NCBI GenBank assembly: GCA_045046875.1
Contig: JASFYY010000078.1
Coordinates: 1-64,000 of the forward strand
Direction of reading: 5' to 3'
Length of the DNA: 64,000 nt
From: Verrucomicrobiota bacterium
Lineage (GTDB): Bacteria; Verrucomicrobiota; Verrucomicrobiia; Verrucomicrobiales; DEV007
Below are positions 9,598 through 19,928 of this stretch, in pieces (positions within the stretch are counted from its first letter, which is position 1; each line of letters opens with the position of its first letter). The translations under genes were made by a program, and so were the position numbers. The notes under the pieces are model-generated. The model saw only the letters and a list, made by a program, of their open reading frames with translations. It did no database searches and was not told the DNA's origin.

Positions 9598-12500
9598 TCA
9601 CTTTTTTTTGCTTGCTAGGTAATCTACCAGTGATGCGAAGTCTTTTAGGCTCAGGGAATTAGCCAATCCTGGTGGCATGATCGAGATTTCCAGTTCCTGG
9701 CGTTGTTTGATGTTGGCCACTTTCACCTTATGAACGGCTCCAGTGATGTCGCGCATCTCAATTTCATCGGCGGTTTCCGCTGAGACAAAACCGCTCATGG
9801 CTTTGCCGTCTTTGGTGGAGATCATCACGGTGGCGAAGCCTTGTGAAATGGAAGCGTTCGGTTTGAGGATCGACTCTGCTATTTGGTCACGGGTCAAAAT
9901 CGCGCCGACCTGCCCCATGTAAGGGCCTTTGATCGGCTGGCTTTTTTCAGTGGTGTGGCAGGCGATGCAGCCTTGCTGGGCGAAAAGTTTTTCGCCGCGT
10001 TGGATGTCTCCCTTGAGTTTGTCCAGCGAGAGGATGACATCTTCGATGGAGGTCTTGCCCACTTCACCCGCAGCACCTGCGGTGATTTTTTTCAAATCGA
10101 CGGTACTTTCCGTCATTTTGTCATCGCCGGATTTGGCGACGGCCATTTCCTCAAATCCCCAACGCAGTTTAGCGTTCCAGAATTGCAACAAGGATTTGCT
10201 GTGGGCACTGCCGTTTTGATATTCTTTTTTCAGGGCAGCGGCAATCGCTTTGCTTTTCTCCCATTGGGCTAACTTATAAAAAGGGCCACGGGTATCGGGT
10301 CGGGTGCCCCACCACCAGGAGCCGTCGTAGGCAGCCTCTTTCTGGTAGAGACGTCCCAGCAGGGCAATGAGTTCATCGCGGCGGTTTTGATCCTTTTCGG
10401 TTTTCAGTTGAGCCAGGAGACGATCCGCTACTTCGGGCTGATGCATGTATTTCAGTGCCCATAAAGCTGCTTGGCGATTGCTGCCATCCAGCGCGGCGAG
10501 GCTGGCGTCGGCAGCTTGCATTTCGACCAGAGAACGCACGGCGATGTGCGGAAGAACGATCGCGGCATTAGGCGTGGCGTGGGGGCCTTCTGTATTCTCT
10601 TCAAAAACGGGAGCTTTGGAATCGACCACATATTCGACATAACCGCGCCCGTCTTTAGCACCTGCGGTGGCGGCTCCAGTGGCTTTGAATTTGACCGCTC
10701 CTGCGGGCAACTCATAGACGATGTGAGAGGGCGAGTGAGTGCCGATGCCGAAGAGCGGTTTTTTCTTCTTGGTTTTTTTAGCAGCGTTTTTCCCACTGCT
10801 ACGGGCGAGTGATTTTCCGGTGCAGTCTTTATTGATCAAGGTTTTCCCCCATCCCTGTTTGGCGGCTTTCCATTGAAGTTCGGTGAGTTTTTTTTCACTG
10901 CCGTCAGCCATGATCAGTGTGGGCTGAAACCAGGCGGCGTGGTCGCGCCCGTTGCCGTCGCTGCCGTCAGTCACGACCAGATGCAGTTCCTTCCAGTCCT
11001 TGATATCCACGGTGATTTTGGCGGCTTGATGAGGTTTGAGTTTTTTAGAAACAAAGGCGGGTTTGGCCACCGCGGCGGCGGCGGCTTTGGGTTGATAGGT
11101 TCCGGCGGGGGGATTGGCCAGAGCGATCAGGGATTCTGCGGCGCTGACCTCGCCGAGGCGTCCAAGGGCAATCGCTGCGGCGACTTGCACACGGGCGTTT
11201 TTATCCTGCAGGGATTTTTTCAACAAATCCAGTGGCACCTTTTGCAATTGGGTTTTGCGGTCGGTCATCGCCCGTAAGGCAAATTCGCGAATCTTATCAT
11301 CAGTGGCCAGACTTGCCAGCGCGTAATTGGAAGCACCGAGTTGTTTGGCGGTGAAGATGGCTGCGACGCGGCTTTCAAGCGACTGCTTTTTATCGGCGGC
11401 AAGAAGCAATAGAGCGTCGGGTTGGGTCTTTCGATTGATCAGGTTCTGTTGAGCGGCCAGACGAGCGACGGCGCTGGGGCGCTTGAGCATATGGATCACA
11501 TCCCCCTCGCTCAATTTTGATAGATCGGGGAAAGGGGTGTATTTCCAGCTTTTGGGAACCACACGATCGACAAAGCCTTTTTCCGCACTGCCCTTGTAAC
11601 CCGCGCCATCCCAAGCCGACAAATAAAGCCGCCCCGAACCGTCCACGGTGACATCGCTGATCTGTGGGGTTTTGATAAAGTCTTCGGGTTTCTGGGTGAA
11701 ACTCGCGCCATCCGGAGTGAGGTGATGGATGTATAGTTGGCTGCGTCCCCAATCGCACATCATGGGAACATTGGAGTATTTTTCCGGCCAGCCGGGCTCG
11801 GCAAAAAACAACGCGCCGGTACCGGACCCGCCGCCCAGATCTTCCAGTGCCGGCAGGATTTCGCCGGTGAAGTTTTTGAACAATACCGGGTAACCATACT
11901 CGCCGGACTGGATGTGGTGAATGAAGCGCACATTCCATCCGCCACCGTCATTGGTATTGCCGCGGGTGTAGATGTTCATCAACGGGTCGATGGCGACGTC
12001 GTAGATATTGCGTGTGCCATGGGTGTAAACTTCCAGCTCGGATCCATCCGGGCGCACCCGCACGATGCCGCCGCCGAGCATGGTCAACTCGGTGTCGTCC
12101 GTGCCTTTGGCTGCAACCATTCCGAAGTCACCGACAGCGATGTAAATCCAACCATCGATGCCCATGGTGATGCCGTTGGTGGTGTGGTCCGCACCGCGAT
12201 CCTGGTTGTGTTTGGCTACTGATATATCGGAGACCAGGCGTCGGGCCTTGCCGTCAGCGATACCGTCGTGGTTTTTGTCTTCGAAAACCGACAGGTGCAT
12301 ACCGCTGAGCACGCCGCCGTCTTTGGGGATGACCGTGTGAAGCACGTAGAGCTGATCCCCCATGGAGATCAGGCCACGTGGATTGTCGATTTCCGCATAG
12401 AGCGTGTGGCTGTCGGCGACGCCGTCGTTATCACTGTCCACCAGGCGAATGATCTTCCCTTTGCCGGGGTCTTTTCCCAGTGAGCCGTCCATGTCCACGC

Positions 12501-12660
12501 CGACAAAAACCTCGCCACTGGCTGCGGCAACGAGGCAGGCAGGAGAGGGCACGATATCGGTTCCGGCGAAGGTGGTGACCTCTAGTTCGTTCGGGACGGT
12601 GGAGGAATAGGCGAGGCCTGCTAAGAGCCAAGAGCTAAGGAATAAATATTTTGAATTCAT
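9598..12660 (-). CDS. PVC-type haem-binding protein (beta-propeller dehydrogenase-like + HEAT repeats + NPCBM + cytochrome c)
   Basis: DHTTNG, GIDGWIY, GTRNIY, TND propeller motifs; HEAT-like helices; QGWG..GIGTHS NPCBM; C-terminal CIACH..GP..SIMPPGL. Confidence 0.85.
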   Translation of the reverse strand: MNSKYLFLSSWLLAGLAYSSTVPNELEVTTFAGTDIVPSPACLVAAASGEVFVGVDMDGSLGKDPGKGKIIRLVDSDNDGVADSHTLYAEIDNPRGLISMGDQLYVLHTVIPKDGGVLSGMHLSVFEDKNHDGIADGKARRLVSDISVAKHNQDRGADHTTNGITMGIDGWIYIAVGDFGMVAAKGTDDTELTMLGGGIVRVRPDGSELEVYTHGTRNIYDVAIDPLMNIYTRGNTNDGGGWNVRFIHHIQSGEYGYPVLFKNFTGEILPALEDLGGGSGTGALFFAEPGWPEKYSNVPMMCDWGRSQLYIHHLTPDGASFTQKPEDFIKTPQISDVTVDGSGRLYLSAWDGAGYKGSAEKGFVDRVVPKSWKYTPFPDLSKLSEGDVIHMLKRPSAVARLAAQQNLINRKTQPDALLLLAADKKQSLESRVAAIFTAKQLGASNYALASLATDDKIREFALRAMTDRKTQLQKVPLDLLKKSLQDKNARVQVAAAIALGRLGEVSAAESLIALANPPAGTYQPKAAAAAVAKPAFVSKKLKPHQAAKITVDIKDWKELHLVVTDGSDGNGRDHAAWFQPTLIMADGSEKKLTELQWKAAKQGWGKTLINKDCTGKSLARSSGKNAAKKTKKKKPLFGIGTHSPSHIVYELPAGAVKFKATGAATAGAKDGRGYVEYVVDSKAPVFEENTEGPHATPNAAIVLPHIAVRSLVEMQAADASLAALDGSNRQAALWALKYMHQPEVADRLLAQLKTEKDQNRRDELIALLGRLYQKEAAYDGSWWWGTRPDTRGPFYKLAQWEKSKAIAAALKKEYQNGSAHSKSLLQFWNAKLRWGFEEMAVAKSGDDKMTESTVDLKKITAGAAGEVGKTSIEDVILSLDKLKGDIQRGEKLFAQQGCIACHTTEKSQPIKGPYMGQVGAILTRDQIAESILKPNASISQGFATVMISTKDGKAMSGFVSAETADEIEMRDITGAVHKVKVANIKQRQELEISIMPPGLANSLSLKDFASLVDYLASKKK

Positions 12661-12854
12661 CAGAAAAAGTAGTGGAGCGTGAATGTTGAACAGATTAGAA
12701 GAGGTTCAACTCACTTATCTGCGTGATGCGCAGCCTGCATTTAGCAATGGTGTTCTTTCACAGGACGCAGGCTGGAAGGATCAATTTTTTGTCAAAATAT
12801 ATCAATTCCGTGATTCCGCCATTGATAGGAATTGCGGTCAGCCTATTATATCGG

Positions 12855-14939
12855 GTGAAATTGGCGAAATTTAGCGGACTTTTAGTCTTGTCTGTATTCT
12901 GCAACCTTGCTCTAGCAGCGGAGGATGACTTCAAACAATTACTTCAGCCGGTATTTCAGGACAGCTGTGTCAAATGTCACGGCAAGGATGATAAAGTGAA
13001 GGGCAAGGTGAACTTGCTCGAATTGCAGAGCTCCTCGGAGCTAAGCAAAAATCCCGAATTGCTTGAAAAATTGGTAGAGGCGCTGGATTTTGAGGACATG
13101 CCTCCGGAGGACGAGCCGGCTTTGGATGCGGCAACCCGGAAGCGCCTGGTGTTGCAGTTGAAAGAGATGCTTCACGCATCAGTCAGTGCACGGAAAACGC
13201 TTGCCCAGGCTCCGGTTCGGAGAATGAATCGTTTTCAATATAACAATGCGGTGACGGATTTGTTCGATCTGAATTGTGTGGTCTTTGCTTTGCCCGAGCG
13301 CATGATGCGGGAGCATCAAAATTACTTCAAACCAGCCAGCGGCAAAATGCCGGACAAGGTGGTAGTGGGCAGTCGTCCTCTGGGGAAATCGCAACTGATT
13401 GAAAAAAGGTTGGGAGGAGTGACTCCGTTTCCACAAGATCTTCGCGCTGAACACGGTTTTGATAATCGGGGTGACCACTTGTCGCTTTCCCCGCTGTTGC
13501 TGGAATCATTTCTCAAGCTGAGCCAATCCATTCTACAAAGCTCTAACTTTGGGCCTAAAACCTGCGGTATATGGAAGGCCTTTTTTGCAGAACCTGATGC
13601 GGAAAAAAACACAGAAACTGAAATACGAAAACGACTGCGCCCCTTTCTCACGCGTGCCTTTCGTCATCCGGTCGATGGCGAGTTGCTTGACCGCTATACC
13701 AACTATGTGTTGGCGCAAATTCAATCCGGCGAATCTTTTACTGACAGCATGAAGGCGGTAGCTTCGGCGACTATCGCTTCGCCAAAGTTTCTGTATCTCT
13801 ATGATACGGCTAGCCAAAGTGAGCAGATCGAAGCACTTGATGATTATGATCTGGCATCGCGCTTAGCGTTTTTTTTATGGGGCAGTATCCCCGACCAGCC
13901 GCTGCTCGACTTGGCTGCCTCTGGCAAACTCAGTGACCCGGAGGTGTTGTCGCGTGAAGTGGAGCGAATGTTGAACGATCATCGATTGAAGCGATTTTGT
14001 GACAGCTTCCCCTCGCAGTGGCTGCAGTTGGAAAGGATCATTTCTTCTGTTCCTGATCGGGAGCATTTCCCTGATTTTTATTTTCTAAAATACCGCGCCA
14101 GCATGCACATGATGTTGGAGCCCTTACTGCTTTTTGAAACCATTTTGATCGAAGACCGTCCGATCCTGGAGTTGATTGATTCGGATTTCACCTATCGCTC
14201 GGCGATGCTGGATAAGATGTATGGAGTCGAGAAAAAAGGGGTGAAAAACCAGGTGAGGGGAATTCCCTTCAAGCGAGTTGCGCTCTCTGATCGTCGTCAG
14301 GGGGGAATCATTACCAACGCCGCGGTGATGACGATGACGTCCGGCCCGGAGAGAACCAAACCGATTACCCGCGGGGCATGGCTGGCGACGGTGATATTCA
14401 ATGACCCTCCCGAACCTCCTCCTGCGGATGTGCCGCCACTAGCTGAGAAAGCTCCTGCCGAAGAAGCCAATCTGACCCTACGTGAGAGGCTATCTGCGCA
14501 CCGTGAGCGTGCGGATTGTGCTGGGTGTCATGAGCAGATCGATCCGCTGGGTTTTGCTCTGGAAAACTACGGCCCCACTGGAAAATGGCGTGAGGTTTAT
14601 GAAAACGACCGCAAAGTTGACATGAACGGAACACTTTTCAGAAAGCATGAGTTCAATGATATTGTGGAATTCAAAGATGCGGTGCTGGCAGAGAAAGATC
14701 GTTTTGTCCGTGGATTTGCCGAGCACCTGCTTTCATTTGCGCTTGCCCGGGAGGTGGGGGTTGCCGACGGGCCTGCTCTCGAAAAAATCGCCAAAGCAAC
14801 GGCTGCGGATGATTACCGGATCAAATCCATGATAAAACATGTTGTGCAGAGCGAGTCTTTTCTGCAAAAATCAAACCCCAAGGTCATGGCGTCAGCAGTG
14901 ACCGGGGCAAAAGGCAAAAAATCACCAGCCAACGAATGA
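12855..14939 (+). CDS. Planctomycete cytochrome-c / DUF1587-1595-1592-1588-1585 protein
   Basis: CVKCH, RRMNRFQYNN, LASRLAFFLW, QWL, CAGCH..IDPLGFALENY; likely GTG start at 12855 (ORF open from 12723). Confidence 0.85.
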   Translation: MKLAKFSGLLVLSVFCNLALAAEDDFKQLLQPVFQDSCVKCHGKDDKVKGKVNLLELQSSSELSKNPELLEKLVEALDFEDMPPEDEPALDAATRKRLVLQLKEMLHASVSARKTLAQAPVRRMNRFQYNNAVTDLFDLNCVVFALPERMMREHQNYFKPASGKMPDKVVVGSRPLGKSQLIEKRLGGVTPFPQDLRAEHGFDNRGDHLSLSPLLLESFLKLSQSILQSSNFGPKTCGIWKAFFAEPDAEKNTETEIRKRLRPFLTRAFRHPVDGELLDRYTNYVLAQIQSGESFTDSMKAVASATIASPKFLYLYDTASQSEQIEALDDYDLASRLAFFLWGSIPDQPLLDLAASGKLSDPEVLSREVERMLNDHRLKRFCDSFPSQWLQLERIISSVPDREHFPDFYFLKYRASMHMMLEPLLLFETILIEDRPILELIDSDFTYRSAMLDKMYGVEKKGVKNQVRGIPFKRVALSDRRQGGIITNAAVMTMTSGPERTKPITRGAWLATVIFNDPPEPPPADVPPLAEKAPAEEANLTLRERLSAHRERADCAGCHEQIDPLGFALENYGPTGKWREVYENDRKVDMNGTLFRKHEFNDIVEFKDAVLAEKDRFVRGFAEHLLSFALAREVGVADGPALEKIAKATAADDYRIKSMIKHVVQSESFLQKSNPKVMASAVTGAKGKKSPANE

Positions 14940-16282
14940 TGAAAAAATTCTCAAGACGATCCTTTCTTCGTGGTGCCGGCGGCGCGGCGCTTTTTTTGCC
15001 ATGGATGGAGAGTCTTGGTCTGGCCGCAAGCGGGAAAGCAGTGGCTCAGCGCATGGTCTTTTTCTATGTGCCGATCGGAGTGGTGAGACGCGGTTTTTTT
15101 CCAGGTGAGTCCAACGCCATCATTCCGAAATTCTCAAGTAACCAGAAAGAAATCGAGAAGGGGGTCAAACTTGGTGTGGGGCTGCATCCTTTGAGCCTGA
15201 CTCCGACCATGGGGCCCCTGGAAGCTTTGAAGGAGAAGGTTTCCCTGATCACAGGAATGGATCGCACTTTCCAACAAGGAACGGATGTGCACGCTCAGTG
15301 TGCTTCGTGTTATCTGAGCAGTGCCGAGCCATTCAGCGTTAAAGAATCAGCCTGGCCACTGAATCGCACGCTGGATCATCTGGTGGCGGATCAAGTGGGG
15401 GAGGCAACTCCGTTTCGGACTTTGGAGTTCAGTTGCAACAGTCACAAGGACAACAAGGAGTCGATCTACTTTGATAATATTTCATGGTATGGGACCGGTT
15501 ACGTCGCGCCGTCCATTCGCGATCCACGTAAGGCCTACCGCCGACTTTTCAGCACCAAAGATATCGAAAATTATCGCAACATCACGGATCTTGTTCTGGA
15601 GGATGCCCATTCGATGGGAAAAAATCTTGGTTATACTGACAAGCAAAAGTTCAGTGAATTTTTCGATTCCGTTCGAACCATCGAGCAGCAAATGGACAAG
15701 CTTGAGAAGATGAAAGGGGAGCTTGCCAAGGTTTCAATGGAGGAGCCGCCCGAAGCCCTGCTGCCTCGTGGTGAGTATATCCGGTTGATGGGCGATTTGA
15801 TGGTTGTTGCGCTTCAAGTCGGGCTTACTAATGTCGCTACCTTCATGGTCGGTCCCGAGCGGTGGGATACTCCATATATGTTCGAGAGCTTGTTTGATAA
15901 ACCAATGAGTCATCACCAGATGTCGCACAACCAAGGCAAGTTCATGGAAGAACTGCTTCGGGTGGATCGATTTCATATGGAACAGTTTGTTTATCTTGCG
16001 GAGAAGATGGACGGCATTGAGGAAGCGAACGGAATGAGCCTACTCGACAATACACTGTTCACTTACGGATCCGGCCTGGGCGATGGAGCGACGCATCAAT
16101 ACAGTGATCTTCCGATCATTGTGGCTGGTTCCGGTGGAGGAAAATTCACCAGCGGTCAGCATTTAAATCTGGCCGAGGGAACCCCGCTGTCGAATCTCTG
16201 GCTCACCCAGGCTCAGGCGATGGGGCTGAAGGTGGACCGTTTTGCGGACAGCACCGGGACGGTGTCGCAATTGGTGGTTTGA
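14936..16282 (+). CDS. DUF1552 (HXXSHH) protein
   Basis: SRRSFLRGAG..LPWMESL leader, HHQMSH, LLDNT, LPIIVAG, NLWL; ATGA-coupled to the DUF1592 gene. Confidence 0.88.
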   Translation: MMKKFSRRSFLRGAGGAALFLPWMESLGLAASGKAVAQRMVFFYVPIGVVRRGFFPGESNAIIPKFSSNQKEIEKGVKLGVGLHPLSLTPTMGPLEALKEKVSLITGMDRTFQQGTDVHAQCASCYLSSAEPFSVKESAWPLNRTLDHLVADQVGEATPFRTLEFSCNSHKDNKESIYFDNISWYGTGYVAPSIRDPRKAYRRLFSTKDIENYRNITDLVLEDAHSMGKNLGYTDKQKFSEFFDSVRTIEQQMDKLEKMKGELAKVSMEEPPEALLPRGEYIRLMGDLMVVALQVGLTNVATFMVGPERWDTPYMFESLFDKPMSHHQMSHNQGKFMEELLRVDRFHMEQFVYLAEKMDGIEEANGMSLLDNTLFTYGSGLGDGATHQYSDLPIIVAGSGGGKFTSGQHLNLAEGTPLSNLWLTQAQAMGLKVDRFADSTGTVSQLVV

Positions 16283-16295
16283 TTGAGATTGGGCC

Positions 16296-17276
16296 TTACT
16301 TGCGCCGCATTTGCTGAAATTCATTGTAAGCGTCCCAGGCAATTTTTTGCAACTGAGCGGCATCCTTGTCGGAAAAAATGCGTTTGATCGGCTGCCCGTC
16401 CCGGTCTTTACTTTTGTCGAAAGTCTTCGGTGGGTTTTCAAAATAGCGGATATCGGTGATGGACTTGATTGGCAGGCCCTCCGGACTTTGCTTGAACAGG
16501 GTCGCGTAAAAAGTGCAGGCTGTCAGATAGGCCATGGTGTGGTTGAGGTGGGCATCGTTGATGAAGCGCAGGGTGCGGTCGGGGCGCTCGGTTTGGCAGC
16601 GTAGGGCGACGAGAGCCATCGGAACCACGTCAGCTCCAATGCGATCAGCGAGAGCGGCGATCGCTTTTTCCTTTTTCAAAGTCACGGTGGGATCGGGAGC
16701 TGTTTTGAGCGGCTTCGCGTTCTGGGTGGTGGGCGATGTTTCGTAAAGAATGGCCCGTGCTCCCTGATTTTTGATGATCTCGACAAATTTGGGCGCGTAC
16801 TGCGCGTAAAGGGTGGGGCTTTTTCCGATATCATCCCGATAGGATTGCAGCACGACGATGTCCCATTTTTTGTGTGGTTGATCGAGGGTGCGCAGCAGTC
16901 CGCGATGACGGTTCAAGGCGCTTTTGGCGTGGTTGTCTTTAGGGTTATCTGCGATTGTTTCTTCCAAAGAATCGATGGTGGCCTGTTCTTCTTCTGCGGT
17001 GAGAGCGGATAGGCGCAGGTAGTTCTGGCTTCCCAGGCGCCAGTGATCGGCAAGGGTTCGGCCTCCGTAAATGATCGTAGTGACATTCATTGTCAGTCCG
17101 GGTTGCCCGGCTTCCGCCATCGCCTTGACGACCTGGGAGAGTTTGTGACGGGTGGTGTAGCTGTTGCCGATGAAGAGCACATTGAGCGTGTCCTTTTTTG
17201 AATCGGCGCTGAAAGCTGGATTCGGGATGAATACGATCAGTGCGAGCAGGATAGGTAAAAAAGAGTAGCGGTTCAT
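16296..17276 (-). CDS. Secreted SGNH/GDSL-like hydrolase
   Basis: Signal peptide; VLFIGNSYT block I, WDIVVLQ, DAH motif followed by AYLTACTFY. Confidence 0.75.
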   Translation of the reverse strand: MNRYSFLPILLALIVFIPNPAFSADSKKDTLNVLFIGNSYTTRHKLSQVVKAMAEAGQPGLTMNVTTIIYGGRTLADHWRLGSQNYLRLSALTAEEEQATIDSLEETIADNPKDNHAKSALNRHRGLLRTLDQPHKKWDIVVLQSYRDDIGKSPTLYAQYAPKFVEIIKNQGARAILYETSPTTQNAKPLKTAPDPTVTLKKEKAIAALADRIGADVVPMALVALRCQTERPDRTLRFINDAHLNHTMAYLTACTFYATLFKQSPEGLPIKSITDIRYFENPPKTFDKSKDRDGQPIKRIFSDKDAAQLQKIAWDAYNEFQQMRRK

Positions 17277-17339
17277 GGGGTGACGGGTGTTTTTTTGATA
17301 TACGGAGGAATCGGCACAAGGTGGAGATAAATGCAGTCA

Positions 17340-17377
17340 ATTGCAATCAGCTGATATGCGGTTCAACTGATTGCAAT
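17340..17377. promoter_or_regulatory. 15-bp inverted repeat (1 mismatch, 8-nt spacer) between divergent genes; putative operator
   Basis: ATTGCAATCAGCTGA-tatgcggt-TCAACTGATTGCAAT. Confidence 0.5.
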
Positions 17378-17500
17378 AGAGCGGTGTCATTGGGAATGGG
17401 AAGAGATATTCATGGCGCAATCAGGGGATCTATCGTTAATGGAAATGTGAGCGTAAACGCATTAGCTTTACAAGGCAGAGAGGGGCAGGGAATATTTGAT

Positions 17501-19909
17501 ATGAAGGAACAAGGACAAGCAATCAAGCGGGCGGGCATGGGGCTAGTCATTTATTTTGCCGTGCTGTTGGTATCTGAATCTGCCGCCCAGGAGGTGCAGC
17601 CCAAGGCATTGACGAATTTTTTGTCCGAGCACTGTTTTGATTGTCATGATGATATATTGCAAAAGGGCAAACTGAATTTGCTCGATCTCGCTTTTGAGCC
17701 AGGAAAGTCTGCGAACTTCAAAATGTGGCAACGCATTCACGACCGGGTTCAATCGGGTGAAATGCCGCCAAAGAAAAAGGATCGTCCCGCTAAAGAACTT
17801 CAGCGTGCCTTTTTGAAAAATTTGAAGGAGCCTCTGATGGTCGCGGATCGCCGTGATAAAAAGGAAAGAGGCCGGGTGCAGCTGCGCCGTCTTACCCGCC
17901 GGGAATATGAAAACACCGTTCGCGATTTATTGGGAGTGGGCCTGCCGTTGCAGGATTTATTGCCGGAGGATACACTGTCGCATGGTTTTGAAACCGTGGC
18001 GGAAGGCCAGCAACTGTCCCACTACAATTTGGCCAGTTATCTGCAAGCGGCGGATCTGGCACTTAATCAGGCTTTTGACCGGGTCAGCAAAGGGGATCAA
18101 AAATTCATCGTAAATTTGACCCCCAAACAATTGTCCAAACATTCGGGAGGCAACTATCGTGGGCCTGAGGCGCGCGGAGATCTGAGTATTTCCTGGCCGA
18201 TCAGGCTTCAATTTTATGGCAGGTTGCCAGCTACCCGGGTCAAAAAAGACGGTTGGTACCGGATCACCCTGAAACAGGTTCATGCCATCAACGCCAAATA
18301 CCCTTCGACCTGGGGAACGCTCCGTTCGGGGGCTTGCAATTCCAGTGCACCGATCTTACATCCGATCGCCAGCATTGAAGCGACTGCAAAAAAGCGCGAC
18401 ATGACTTTTGATGCTTGGATTCGTGCTGATGATATGCTCGAGCTGAAACCGAACGATTCCGGCTTGAAGGCCGCACCGTCAGGAGCCAAGGGCGGGAACG
18501 TTTCTTATCAAGGTCGCGACATGGTGAAACTGGGTTTCCAGGGCATTGCGATTTCAGGTATCAAAATTGAGCGTATCTATCCACAGTCGAAACGTTGGGA
18601 AATGCGGCAGCACCTTTTTGCCGGGATCTCAAAGAAGGAACTTGTCAAGTTGGATCAAAACAAGGGGAGGGAGGTGATATTAAAAAAAGTGATTGGCCGG
18701 TTTGCCAGTCGTGCTTTCAGGCGTCCGCTGAGTGATGAACAAGTAAAACCCTACCTGGATCTGGCACTTTCTTATTTGGCAGAACCTGGTCATCAGGGCT
18801 TGGAGGCTTTGCGAGTCGCTTACAGGGGGATACTTTGTTCACCTAGATTTTTGACCCTGGTGGAGAAGCCCGGGCATTTGGATGATCACGCGTTGGCCTC
18901 ACGGCTCAGTTATGCGCTGTGGGTGTCGATGCCGGATGCGACTTTGCGCAAATTGGCCGATGCGGGAAAATTACACCAGCCCAAGGTGTGGCATGCGCAG
19001 ATCGATCGGATGTTGGATGACCCCAAAGCGCAGCGTTTCATCAATAGCTTTACCGATCAATGGCTTAACTTGAAAGAAATCGATTTCACCTCCCCCGATC
19101 GCCGGCTTTACCGCACCTTTGATAGTGTGGTGCAGGATTCCATGTTACGGGAAACCCGGGCTTTTTTCCAAGAGTTGGTTTTAAAAAATTACCCGATCAA
19201 AAATCTAATTCAATCTGATTTTGTTATGTTGAATGAGCGTTTGGCGCGGTTTTACCGGTTGAAAGAAGACCTGCCTTTGGTGGCAGGTGGAGGCTTGCAA
19301 AAAATAAGCCTGAGCAATCCTGCCAAGGGCGTGCGCAGTGGTCTGGTGACACAGGGTGCCGTATTGAAGGTCAGTGCCAACGGCACGACCACCTCGCCGG
19401 TGATCCGGGGTTTGTGGGTGGGTGAGCGCATACTGGGTCTGAAAGTTCCGCCTCCGCCAGCCGATACTCCGGCGATCGAGCCGGATATCCGTGGGGCGGT
19501 TAGTATTCGCGATCAGCTTGAAAAACATCGCAGCAATGAATCCTGCGCGACCTGTCACCGCAGTATAGATCCGGCTGGATTCGCTCTGGAGAATTTCGAT
19601 CCGGTCGGACTGTGGCGGAAACAATACGGCAAGCAAAAAAATGCGGCCAAGGTGGATTCTTCCGGAGTGACGCCCGAGGGCAAAACCTTTGCGGATATCA
19701 ATGGCTGGAAAAGGATCTATTTGAAAAAAGAAAAGCTGCTTACGGAGAATTTCACCCGCCAGTTTTTAACCTACGCAACGGGTGCGGCACCACGTTTCAG
19801 TGACCGTGATGAGTTGGCGACGGTGGTCAAACAATCTGCAGACAAAAACTACCGGATGCGGGATATGATTCACGCGATTCTCGGCAGTGAGTTGTTTCAA
19901 AGCAAATAA
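17501..19909 (+). CDS. Second DUF1592/DUF1588 cytochrome-c protein
   Basis: CFDCH, RRLTRREYENT, LASRLSYALW, QWL, TSPVIRG, CATCH..IDPAGFALENFD; start likely 17501 or 17537. Confidence 0.87.
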   Translation: MKEQGQAIKRAGMGLVIYFAVLLVSESAAQEVQPKALTNFLSEHCFDCHDDILQKGKLNLLDLAFEPGKSANFKMWQRIHDRVQSGEMPPKKKDRPAKELQRAFLKNLKEPLMVADRRDKKERGRVQLRRLTRREYENTVRDLLGVGLPLQDLLPEDTLSHGFETVAEGQQLSHYNLASYLQAADLALNQAFDRVSKGDQKFIVNLTPKQLSKHSGGNYRGPEARGDLSISWPIRLQFYGRLPATRVKKDGWYRITLKQVHAINAKYPSTWGTLRSGACNSSAPILHPIASIEATAKKRDMTFDAWIRADDMLELKPNDSGLKAAPSGAKGGNVSYQGRDMVKLGFQGIAISGIKIERIYPQSKRWEMRQHLFAGISKKELVKLDQNKGREVILKKVIGRFASRAFRRPLSDEQVKPYLDLALSYLAEPGHQGLEALRVAYRGILCSPRFLTLVEKPGHLDDHALASRLSYALWVSMPDATLRKLADAGKLHQPKVWHAQIDRMLDDPKAQRFINSFTDQWLNLKEIDFTSPDRRLYRTFDSVVQDSMLRETRAFFQELVLKNYPIKNLIQSDFVMLNERLARFYRLKEDLPLVAGGGLQKISLSNPAKGVRSGLVTQGAVLKVSANGTTTSPVIRGLWVGERILGLKVPPPPADTPAIEPDIRGAVSIRDQLEKHRSNESCATCHRSIDPAGFALENFDPVGLWRKQYGKQKNAAKVDSSGVTPEGKTFADINGWKRIYLKKEKLLTENFTRQFLTYATGAAPRFSDRDELATVVKQSADKNYRMRDMIHAILGSELFQSK

Positions 19910-19928
19910 ACACCAGGGCATTCACCTT

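Noticed and set aside
17321..17500. Upstream extension of the second DUF1592 ORF (likewise 12723-12854, 2910-2960 and 55638-55715)
   Set aside because: Runs through intergenic or palindromic DNA and pushes the signal peptide away from the N-terminus
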